From contig DAOTVC010000132.1 of the NCBI GenBank assembly GCA_034437215.1, positions 1 through 41,760 on the forward strand: DNA of 41,760 bases, read 5' to 3'. Shown here piece after piece: positions 18,207-26,547 of the stretch. A program made the translations under genes and the position numbers. The notes beneath the pieces were generated by a model, which searched no databases, was not told where the DNA came from, and was given only the letters and a program-made list of their open reading frames with translations. How positions within the stretch are numbered: position 1 is the first letter of the stretch; every line of letters starts with the position of its first letter. Origin of the DNA: Anaerolineae bacterium. GTDB taxonomy: Bacteria > Chloroflexota > Anaerolineae > B4-G1 > SLSP01.

Positions 18207-21200
18207 TTACGGCGAACCACTCTGCATGACCAACGGTAGGTAGATGTATATCGTCTCTGAAGGCTCCACTATGACAACTACCGTATCGCTGTCGGTGGCG
18301 CCGTCGTTGTCAGTGACGGTGAGGGTGATGGGGTGGGTGCCGACGCTCAGGGTGACCGTCGGCGAGATGCCGGTGGCAATCTGCCCGCTGACGGTGCTCC
18401 AGGTGTAGCTGATGAGGGTGCCGTCGCTGTCGCTGCTGCCGGAGCCATCGAGGGTGACCACCTCGCTGCCGTCGTCGTCGCTGTCGGTGACCGTCTGGTC
18501 GTTGCCGGCGTCGGCCACCGGCGGGACGTTGACAGGGGTCACACAGATGGCGGAGACCTTCGCGTTATCAACCCCACTGGGGCTGAGGTAGAAGCTGATA
18601 TCGGCCGTGCCATCGCTTATCGTGACGGTGAAAGTTTCAGTGACCGCCGTGAGGGGCGCACCGGCTGCGGCGATGATGTCGTATTCGGGGAGCACTGTGG
18701 CGCCTTCGAGATCGACACTGAAGACCCGGTCACCGGGCACGCCGTCCCCAGCGCCGCTACTGGAGCTGACGCCGTGGTAGATCTCGGCGAACATCAGGTC
18801 GACGACATAGGTGCCGTCGGTGATGGGGATCGTGTAGGTGAAGGGGTCGCCGTAACGCTCGCTCTGATAGAGGGTGTCGTTGACGGTATCGCTGATGGGC
18901 TGCGTGATATCGTAGGTCCCACCCGTCGGTGCCGTGAAGTAGGTATCGGCCATGAAGAGTAGGCCGTTGGCGGCGGTGTAACTATCGCCACCTGCGTTGA
19001 TGCAGATCGCCTCCTGGGGCTCTGGCGCGTACTCTACGACAAAGCTGTTGGAGGTCAAGCCGTAGTCCCCGCCGGCGTTCTCCTCGACGGTGATGAAGTG
19101 GTTGAGGGGTGCATCCGGACCCGCGTCGGGGCTGGGCTCGATGAAGAGGGTAACCGGGACAGCCGCATTGCCGCTGCCGTCGAAGGTGCCGCTGTAGAGG
19201 GTCTTTGCCAGCACCTCGTTGGCCTCGAAGGGATCGATGTCATATCCTCCGGGGGTGTTCTCGTCCAGGTAGAGGCGTGCAACCGGCTGCAGCAGGGAGA
19301 AGGTGGCGCCAGGTGTACCGGTAATCACGACGGTCTGATTTGCATCGCCCAGTGTGGTCGGTACTACCACGCCCTGCATATCGATGGTCGGCGCCGGGGC
19401 CTCGTTCGCGGTTACCGTCGCCGCGGAACCGCCCAGGCTGCCCTCGTCATAGAGGTTGCTGTTGTAAACTTCATTGCCCGCAAACTCCACGGAGACCAGC
19501 GCCCCGATGATCTCGAAGCCGGAGATGGCCCCGGCATCACCGGTGTCGGTTGCGTTCTTGATGCTGGTAGGATCGAGATCCGTCGAGAAGGCGAAGCTCT
19601 CGCCGGGGTTGAAGTCCGTGAACTCCAAGGTCACGACGTCGTAGCCGTCATCGGCATCCACGCCGTTGTGGAACTCGCTGAAGGGGTCGGTGCACGGGTC
19701 ACCCGGTGTCACGAAGCCGGTCGCCCCGCTCCCGCTGTCGGCGGTGAGACACTTCCCTGCGACGTCCCCGGCCGTTCCCTCGGGATCGAAGACCACGTCT
19801 GGCAACCAGGCGGTGCTCAGATCCAGTGTCACCGAGAGGATGTCGACATCGCCGGTGTTCTCGATCTGGAAAGAGCTGCCGCTGTAGGTGCTGGCGAAGA
19901 GACCACCACCGGGGTTCACCTGAATCAGGGCTGCGGGCGCAGCCTCCTGAACGGTCACCTCCACGACATCGGTGGCCTCTGTGTTGGTGTAGACGACGTG
20001 GCTGGTGCTGGCAATCTGGGCGGTGATGACGTGACTGCCCGTCACGACGTCGGTGAAGGTGTAACTGCCGCTCAGCGGGAGCCCACCTACGTAGGGATTG
20101 TCATCCAGAATCAGGTGCACGTGATCTCCAGGATTTGTCTGGGTTGCGGACCAAGTGACGCTGATCGCGTCGCCGACGATCAGGGCGCCATCAGCCGGCT
20201 CCTCGATGTTGATCACCGGCCCCTCCGGCGGCGGCGGCGCTGCCACCTCGATGATCTCGATCCCCTTGAGCGCCGGGTTCTGGTTGAGGTGGATGAAGTC
20301 GAGGTCCAGGTTGTCGCCATCAGCGACAGTGACCGTCGTCGAGACCATGGAGCCCATGTAGAGACCGCCGCCCAGAGCATAGGGGTCGAGGTCGTTGAAG
20401 GCGGTGGGGATGGTACCCTCCACGGAGACATCGAAGACCCGCTGTCCGGTACCGTCGATACCGTCGAAGATCTCCGCCAGATAGAGGCGCACCTCGACCT
20501 CCGTACCTTCGGTAATCGGGAAGTCCCACTCCATCTCAGGCGCAGGGGAATCATCCCAGCGTTCGACCTGGAAGAGCTCCATAGGCACGGCCGCCGGCAC
20601 GCTGCCGGTCAGGGTGATAGTGTCTGCCACGCCGAAGGCGTGCGGCTCCATCGCTCCGGAATTGACGTAGGGCGAGGGTGTTCCGGTCTGCGCCGTGCCG
20701 TCGGCGTTCGCGGTGACCTGATCCTCACTCCAATCAGGGCTGGAGCCATCGGCTGCCGCGATCTGGGGGCCACCGGCGTTGACCCGGAAGAGGACCACGC
20801 TCGGTTCAAAGTTCGGATCGTATTCGACGACCACCACATCTGAGGTCGGTCCGGTGGCGCCCTCCGGCTCCACGACGACCGCCGTCATGTAGTTCAGCCC
20901 GTAGGTTGTCGACGCGTTCGGATCGGAGTTCGTGAGCGTCACATCGATGGTCCCCGCGCCATTACTATCGAGCGTGGTCGTGTACTCATTGACGACCACC
21001 ACGCTGTTTGCCTCGTAGGGATTGGGGTCGAAAGCACCCCCGCTCGGCTCGAAGAGCGCAGCCTCTGTGACGAGGAGTGCTACTTCGGCGTTTGCCGGGC
21101 CGCTGATGGAGACCGTCTGGTTGGGATCGTTCGTGGTCGCCGGCGTCGAAAGGCCCACGACGGCGATGGTGGGCGCCGAGGGCAGGGTGTCGGTCAGGGT

Positions 21201-24200
21201 CGCCTGGCTGCCGCCCTCGCTGCCCGGCTGCCGATAGAGGTCGGTCTCCAGAATCGTGAAGTCTCCGAACTCCACATTCACGGCTGAGCCGGTCAGCTCG
21301 AGCCCGGAGACGCTGCCGGATTGGCCGGGACCCGGGGCCGAGCTGCCCTGAATGCTCGTGGGATCGACGTCCACGGAGAAAGCGATGGTCTCGCCCGGAT
21401 CGAAGTCGTTGAAGGAGAGCGTCGCCACGTAGTAGCCGTTCTGGTGCGGCACGCTGAAGGGATCAACGCAGTTATCGCCCGGCGTCTGGTATCCGGTAGC
21501 GGTACCGCCACTGTTGATGACGAGACACTTGTTCGTCGTGTCACCGGCACTGGTGCCATCGTCAGGGTCGAAGACCATATCCGGCAGTAGAGCCGAACTT
21601 AGATCCAAGGTCACCGTCACGATGGACTGGCTGGGGGAGTTGTTGGTGATCTCGAAGGCGCCGGAGTTGTAGGTGCTCGCGTTGAGCCCCCCGTTTAGAG
21701 TCACCCCTACAAAGGCTTCGGCGTCTGAGGGGACGTAGGTGACGTTCAGGAAGTCCCAAGTCGCGGCGAAGGTCTCGCCGGAGTTGTTGGAGGTGGAGAT
21801 GATGCCGATCGCCAAGCCCTTGTCATCATTGGGATCGAGCCAGCCGGCCGGGATGGAGAGGGGACTACCCAGGTCGTAGAGTGTGGTGCCGCCGTCGAGG
21901 GAGACTCGAGGCTGTACCTCAAGGGTCTGGGGGTTGACCTCCAGGTAGAGATCGACGGCGCTGGCGGAGAGAATGTCGGTGTCGCCCCAGTCACTGTTTC
22001 CATATTGGGTGCTTGTGGCACTGTCGCTCTCTTCTAATAGCACTTGGATGCCGCCACTGCCGCCGTTGGCGTTCAAAGCGATCTTGAGGTAGTCCGCCTG
22101 GCCTCCGTCGCCGATAAACATGCCGAAGGATTGATCATCCTCGGGTGTGCTATCGCCGTCGAAGAACGGGGACTCCAGGCTGGTGTGGACGATGAAGGGC
22201 CGGCTGTTGGTATCGACGTCGACACCGAATTGGAAGGCGTTCTCCTGGCTGTTGTTGCTCTGATAGGCGGTGCCTGCGGAGACTTCCTCAACCGTCATCT
22301 TGCCCGATGCACCCCCGGCGGCGAGGATGGTAGGATCGTAGAGATCCAGGTAGTCCACGCTATTGGTCATCAGACCGGTGAAGCCCAGTCCGAAGAAGCC
22401 GGTGCCGGGATCGTTGTTGAAGAAGGGGTAGTCGATGGGTAGCTCTGTTGTCGTGCCGTTGTCCGGATCGATGGCAAAGGCGTCCACACCGTCCAGGATG
22501 CCGTCGTTATCATCATCGGGGTCGTTGAGGTCGGAGGTGCCATCGCCGTCGATGTCAGGCGGCTGACTGGCAGCGGAGCAGGGATCGGTCCCGTTATCGA
22601 TCTCATCCGCATTGTCGTAGCCGTCCCCATCTTCATCCAGAGCGGGATCGTCGTCGCCAGTACAGGCGGAGAAGTCGATGGGCTCAAAGACGGTGATGTT
22701 ATTGGAGCCGTAGGTCGCGGCCCAGACGGTGCCGGGGAAGACTTCGCTGTCGTCCTGTACTGTGACGTCCAGGGGGGTGCTGCCGAAACCGCTGAAGAGC
22801 GCTTCCTCGTTGTCCACAGCGTCGCCTGCCGCGTTCAACTCGTAGCGGTAGATCTTGCCGTCGAAGCTGGCTGCCAGCAGGTTACCCTGCATCTTGCCGC
22901 CGAAGTTAGAAGCAGTGTACTCGGTCAGTCCGTTGGTCGAGGCGCCTACTGTCGCCAACGCCTTGCTCAATATGTCGTAGTTGCATTGCTCGGTATCGGT
23001 GGTGAAGTTAGAGGGAGTGATACCGCTGGGCAGGTGCTCCGTCAACGTATAGTGCGCCGTCTCCTGCCAACTACCGCTGATCTCTTCGTAGATGTAGATG
23101 CCGGCCTTCTCCGGGAAGGCGCGGATGGGTGTGGGGTGACCACCGTAGTAACCGGCGCCGTCGATGTAGTGCAGGTTATCGTCGTGCCCACTGCTCCCAT
23201 CTTCGTTGAACTCGTTGGTGCAATAGTCGCCGGCCCCGGGATTGTAGGTCGTCTCCCCCAGATGGCCTTTGAGGGTGCCACTGCTGTCGTAGATCAAGGG
23301 CAGTCCGCCCCAACCGCCGTTAGGACCGTTGTCGTAGGTGTAGAGTTGACCGAAGGAGGTGAAGAGGACATCGTAGGGGTTGCGGAAGCCGGGTGCGTGA
23401 ATCTGTACCGGTCCGCCGGATTCAGGGATGGCCATGTTGCTGCCGTTGTTCCCACCGAAGGGATCACCCGGATCGATGGCGTCGTCGTAACGGGGGTGGC
23501 CCGCGGGATAGGGGAAGTCGGAGTCGCCGTTGGTGATGTTGGCCCGCTCGGGATCGTCGAGGGTGGGTAGGTCGTAGATGAACTGCTCACCCGTACGCTG
23601 GTCGGTCCAGATGGGCAGGGCCTCGATGGCATCCAGGTCCACCGTGAGGATGGCCGCAGCGTAGAAGTACTCCGGGGTGCCGGCAAAGTTACTGGCGGGT
23701 GCCCCCTTGTTCGTGTGACCGCCCTGGGCAACGTAGAGAATGTTGTTCGCCACATCCAGGTCAAGACCGTTAGTGGAGTGGTTCTCCTCGGAGCGAGGCA
23801 AGCCGCGCACGATGTCCACCCGCTCCCAGGAAGATCCGTTCCAGGTGAGGCGGCTGATGATGCCGGAGTTGGTGTCCAGCCCGCTGTCCTCATCGACGGA
23901 GATGCGGGGATCGGAGGAGGAGACGTAGAGGATAGGGTTGCCGGGCGAGCCGGCTGTGACCAAGCCTGTGACCTGTCGCTTGTTCTCCGACGTGTTTGTC
24001 GTCCCATCGTCATCGTGGTTGATGATATCCTGCACCAGATCGATAGCTTCGGTGGATACGACCTCGTATGCGGGCGCGTTGGTGCGCGTGATGGTATAGG
24101 CATAGAGCAGCCCATTTTGCTGTGAGACGTAGAGCCGGCCGTCGGGCCCGAACTCAAGCGAGGTCGGGTTGTTGAGCGACTTGCCCTGGAGACCGTAGGA

Positions 24201-25196
24201 GTCGAAGCTGATGGGGGCGGCTGAGGGATCGTAACCCTCTCCCGTGAAGGAGACGGTCACCGGGGCGTTGCTCCCGTCGTGCTCCACCACGAGATCGGCG
24301 CTGAACGTGCCGCTGTTGGTGGGGGTGAAGGAGACGTCGACGGTGGTGGTGACGCCGGCTGCTAGGTCAGTGCTGATATTGGGGGCGGAGAAGAGACTGT
24401 CACCGCTGATTGTTGTCGAGGTGATGTGAATCGTGGTCGTCATCCCTGCGTTTTCCAGAATCACCGTCTGCGTGACCGTATCGTTGAGAGCAACGGAGCC
24501 GAAGCCGTGGCTGGAGGGGCTGGCTGCGAGGTAGCCTTCGGTCTCGACTGCCACGATCTCGATGCCGCTGATCTTGGGATTATCGGCTACGTCGTGGATG
24601 AAGTCGACGTTGAGAGTGCCATCGTCGACCGTCACGATGTGCGCCAACATAATCGCTGTATCGTGACCGACGAGATCGTAGATATCGATATCATCGAAGA
24701 CATCGGGCACGGTGCCCTCAACCTCCACGTCGAAGATGCGTTCACCGCTGGTCGTCTGGTAGGTCTCCGCCAGGTAGAGGCGCACCTCAACCGTCTGGGT
24801 ACCCGTGATAGGAAACGCCCACTGCATCTCGCTCCCGCCGCTGCCGTCATAGCGCTCGGATTGGAAGAGCGCTTCGGGGGCGGGGCCTCCCTGGACAGAG
24901 GGGTGTGTTAGATCGATGGCGTCCCCGGTCGTGTAGGTCTTATTATTGCCCGGATCCGCTAAATAGGAGGACGGACTCCCTTGCGTATCGGCACTCCAGG
25001 GGGTCGTGGAGCTATCCGCTGGAGCGAGTTGACCGGCGCCGGTGTTCACCCGGTAAAGGACGGAGCCCGTTGCTGCGGAGGCTGGGTTGGTGGGCCATAA
25101 CAGGGCTGCCGCCAGCAAAGGTATCAGCAAGATAACAGGTAACAGAGCGGCTAGTCGCCGCCGGGGATACATCTTACGCCGCGTACAGGTCTTCAT
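18207..25196 (-). CDS. Giant secreted surface protein (2329 aa). Domain order: signal peptide, malectin, choice-of-anchor-D-like beta-sandwich, SGDH-like beta-propeller, thrombospondin-type-3-like Ca-binding Asp repeats, [~300-aa module + malectin], beta-sandwich, [~300-aa module + malectin], PKD, and a C-terminal tail IYIYLPLVMQSGSP.
   Basis: Signal peptide ...LLIPLLAAALLWPTNPASAATG. Three malectin-like segments (VLYRVNTGAG..., VLFRVNAGGPQ..., ICINAGGDSY...). The PKD domain contains ISYTWSTVSGQ. DxDxDG-type repeats DEDGDGYDNADEIDNGTDPC...DIDGDGTSDLNDPDDDNDGILDG. A GGAGG ribosome-binding site lies 8 nt upstream. Confidence 0.85.
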   Translation of the reverse strand: MKTCTRRKMYPRRRLAALLPVILLIPLLAAALLWPTNPASAATGSVLYRVNTGAGQLAPADSSTTPWSADTQGSPSSYLADPGNNKTYTTGDAIDLTHPSVQGGPAPEALFQSERYDGSGGSEMQWAFPITGTQTVEVRLYLAETYQTTSGERIFDVEVEGTVPDVFDDIDIYDLVGHDTAIMLAHIVTVDDGTLNVDFIHDVADNPKISGIEIVAVETEGYLAASPSSHGFGSVALNDTVTQTVILENAGMTTTIHITSTTISGDSLFSAPNISTDLAAGVTTTVDVSFTPTNSGTFSADLVVEHDGSNAPVTVSFTGEGYDPSAAPISFDSYGLQGKSLNNPTSLEFGPDGRLYVSQQNGLLYAYTITRTNAPAYEVVSTEAIDLVQDIINHDDDGTTNTSENKRQVTGLVTAGSPGNPILYVSSSDPRISVDEDSGLDTNSGIISRLTWNGSSWERVDIVRGLPRSEENHSTNGLDLDVANNILYVAQGGHTNKGAPASNFAGTPEYFYAAAILTVDLDAIEALPIWTDQRTGEQFIYDLPTLDDPERANITNGDSDFPYPAGHPRYDDAIDPGDPFGGNNGSNMAIPESGGPVQIHAPGFRNPYDVLFTSFGQLYTYDNGPNGGWGGLPLIYDSSGTLKGHLGETTYNPGAGDYCTNEFNEDGSSGHDDNLHYIDGAGYYGGHPTPIRAFPEKAGIYIYEEISGSWQETAHYTLTEHLPSGITPSNFTTDTEQCNYDILSKALATVGASTNGLTEYTASNFGGKMQGNLLAASFDGKIYRYELNAAGDAVDNEEALFSGFGSTPLDVTVQDDSEVFPGTVWAATYGSNNITVFEPIDFSACTGDDDPALDEDGDGYDNADEIDNGTDPCSAASQPPDIDGDGTSDLNDPDDDNDGILDGVDAFAIDPDNGTTTELPIDYPFFNNDPGTGFFGLGFTGLMTNSVDYLDLYDPTILAAGGASGKMTVEEVSAGTAYQSNNSQENAFQFGVDVDTNSRPFIVHTSLESPFFDGDSTPEDDQSFGMFIGDGGQADYLKIALNANGGSGGIQVLLEESDSATSTQYGNSDWGDTDILSASAVDLYLEVNPQTLEVQPRVSLDGGTTLYDLGSPLSIPAGWLDPNDDKGLAIGIISTSNNSGETFAATWDFLNVTYVPSDAEAFVGVTLNGGLNASTYNSGAFEITNNSPSQSIVTVTLDLSSALLPDMVFDPDDGTSAGDTTNKCLVINSGGTATGYQTPGDNCVDPFSVPHQNGYYVATLSFNDFDPGETIAFSVDVDPTSIQGSSAPGPGQSGSVSGLELTGSAVNVEFGDFTILETDLYRQPGSEGGSQATLTDTLPSAPTIAVVGLSTPATTNDPNQTVSISGPANAEVALLVTEAALFEPSGGAFDPNPYEANSVVVVNEYTTTLDSNGAGTIDVTLTNSDPNASTTYGLNYMTAVVVEPEGATGPTSDVVVVEYDPNFEPSVVLFRVNAGGPQIAAADGSSPDWSEDQVTANADGTAQTGTPSPYVNSGAMEPHAFGVADTITLTGSVPAAVPMELFQVERWDDSPAPEMEWDFPITEGTEVEVRLYLAEIFDGIDGTGQRVFDVSVEGTIPTAFNDLDPYALGGGLYMGSMVSTTVTVADGDNLDLDFIHLNQNPALKGIEIIEVAAPPPPEGPVINIEEPADGALIVGDAISVTWSATQTNPGDHVHLILDDNPYVGGLPLSGSYTFTDVVTGSHVITAQIASTSHVVYTNTEATDVVEVTVQEAAPAALIQVNPGGGLFASTYSGSSFQIENTGDVDILSVTLDLSTAWLPDVVFDPEGTAGDVAGKCLTADSGSGATGFVTPGDPCTDPFSEFHNGVDADDGYDVVTLEFTDFNPGESFAFSTDLDPTSIKNATDTGDAGAISGFEIIGALVSVEFAGNEVYNSNLYDEGSLGGSAATVTANEAPAPTIDMQGVVVPTTLGDANQTVVITGTPGATFSLLQPVARLYLDENTPGGYDIDPFEANEVLAKTLYSGTFDGSGNAAVPVTLFIEPSPDAGPDAPLNHFITVEENAGGDYGLTSNSFVVEYAPEPQEAICINAGGDSYTAANGLLFMADTYFTAPTGGTYDITQPISDTVNDTLYQSERYGDPFTYTIPITDGTYVVDLMFAEIYHGVSSSSGAGDGVPGDRVFSVDLEGATVLPEYDIIAAAGAPLTAVTETFTVTISDGTADISFYLSPSGVDNAKVSAICVTPVNVPPVADAGNDQTVTDSDDDGSEVVTLDGSGSSDSDGTLISYTWSTVSGQIATGISPTVTLSVGTHPITLTVTDNDGATDSDTVVVIVEPSETIYIYLPLVMQSGSP

Positions 25197-25282
25197 CTCT
25201 ACCCTCCTCTATAACTCTGCTTCTTCCACAACTGTAAAGACGCCGGGGTGCAGTACAATCACGCTGCAACCCAGCGTTGTTT

Positions 25283-25924
25283 CTAGGGAATAGGTGCGGC
25301 CAGGGGCTGATCACAAGGAGCCGGACCGCTTGGACACCACGCCAGGGTAACCGGCTGCGCCTCTTCAGGAATAGTGAAGCGCACCAGACCAAGCAGGTCC
25401 TCACCGGTTTCCAGACGTGTGCCGATCAGGGGGGGCTGGGTTCCCTCATCCGGTGCATCAGGTGTGTACCGTCCTCCCTCTCGGTCAATCAAAGTCAGTG
25501 ATTCTCTCATGACTGTGACCGGTTGATCGCTGTTGTTTTGCACGGCAGCGACCACAACGATCCACCTCTGTCCTTCCTGAGGGCCTGTCCCCGGCTCATC
25601 CGGTTCCGCATCGAGGGTGTAGCTCACTTGGAAACCGTACATCGCGGCGGCGGGCGGGACGGCAGAGGGGGAGGGAGTGGGTGTTGGTGGCGTATGCGAG
25701 GCGGTTGGGGAGGGAGTAGGTGTCATTGTGGGCTGCACGGCAGTGGGACTCGCCGTAGGGCTAGGGGGCGCTACCTCTCCAGATGTCTCAAGGGTCTCCG
25801 AGGCGGAGGCTGCTTCAGTCGCTGTCGCGCTGAACTGCGGTCCTGGGGCTTCAGGCGTGCAACGGGTGCTAAAGAGCATAACTAGTAGCACCACCATCAA
25901 TTTAGAAAGTTGTTGTATGGACAT
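25283..25924 (-). CDS. Secreted or lipoprotein-like protein with a Pro/Thr/Ser-rich linker and a DUF4352-like beta-sandwich domain.
   Basis: N-terminal hydrophobic segment MVVLLVMLFSTRC. The linker is PSPTASPTAVQPTMTPTPSPTASHTPPTPTPSPS. A GAGGAG ribosome-binding site lies 5 nt upstream. Confidence 0.6.
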   Translation of the reverse strand: MSIQQLSKLMVVLLVMLFSTRCTPEAPGPQFSATATEAASASETLETSGEVAPPSPTASPTAVQPTMTPTPSPTASHTPPTPTPSPSAVPPAAAMYGFQVSYTLDAEPDEPGTGPQEGQRWIVVVAAVQNNSDQPVTVMRESLTLIDREGGRYTPDAPDEGTQPPLIGTRLETGEDLLGLVRFTIPEEAQPVTLAWCPSGPAPCDQPLAAPIP

Positions 25925-26075
25925 GTCATCTCCTCACTCGAGGTATGTACGATACATCCCTCAATAGTTATTAAACGTACGAAAATACCGGGGACTCTTT
26001 GAGGAGTAAGCCAGACACCATCCGCAACGTCCTGTAGGCAGGGATATTGGAAAAGCTAACAAACCTTTCAACCGG

Positions 26076-26279
26076 TCACTTGTCATCATTCATCTCAGAT
26101 AGAGCGATCTGTTCTGTTAGGAAGTGCATCGCGCTCTCCAGGTCTTTGAAACGACAGACTTCATCCCCGCTGACCGCTTCCAGGGAGACACGCCACGCGA
26201 CTCCTGCGTCGACCCGTTCCAGGCGAATCAGGTAAGCTAAATAGTTCTTCCTGCGAGCTCTCCTGGAACCGTGATTCAT
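26076..26279 (-). CDS. Small hypothetical ORF (67 aa) upstream of, and co-directional with, the surface-protein genes. Doubtful.
   Basis: The ORF is open, but the GAGGAG lies only 2 nt from the ATG and there is no recognisable domain. Confidence 0.25.
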   Translation of the reverse strand: MNHGSRRARRKNYLAYLIRLERVDAGVAWRVSLEAVSGDEVCRFKDLESAMHFLTEQIALSEMNDDK

Positions 26280-26299
26280 CTCTCCTCACTTTAACGCTC

Positions 26300-26465
26300 T
26301 GGCGTTATCTTAGCGTGAACGAACCGTTATCCACAGCCCACTCTTGCGGGAACGTAGCAATCGGTACTCGCCCCTTAACTTTCTCCTGATATCTGCGCGA
26401 GTATTCCACTCTATCATCCTTCCGTTATCTGAGCGTGAACGAGAATAAAAATCGTGCTATAATTT
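26300..26465. promoter_or_regulatory. Divergent control region. A 20-bp direct repeat CCGTTATCTNAGCGTGAACGA occurs at about 26303-26322 and 26423-26442, with a consensus DnaA-box TTATCCACA at about 26326-26334. An extended -10 promoter TGCTATAAT (about 26453-26461) points toward the SARP gene.
   Basis: Both motifs are read directly from the sequence. The second repeat copy overlaps the -35 region of the TGnTATAAT promoter, which is an operator-like placement. Confidence 0.5.
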
Positions 26466-26547
26466 GGTTGAGTACACCATGTATCTCTGCAAGACGCATC
26501 GTTACTAACGTTCCTCGCAGTCTTGTGGAAGGGAGGGATAGCGTAGG

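Noticed and set aside
26326-26334. A perfect DnaA box TTATCCACA with nearby TTATC repeats, considered as a possible oriC.
   Set aside because: It is a single consensus box plus two weaker ones. There is no adjacent dnaA/dnaN, AT-rich DNA-unwinding element or box cluster, and gyrA is 14 kb away in an unrelated context. More likely a regulatory DnaA or SARP site, or chance. It is reported as regulatory, not as an origin.
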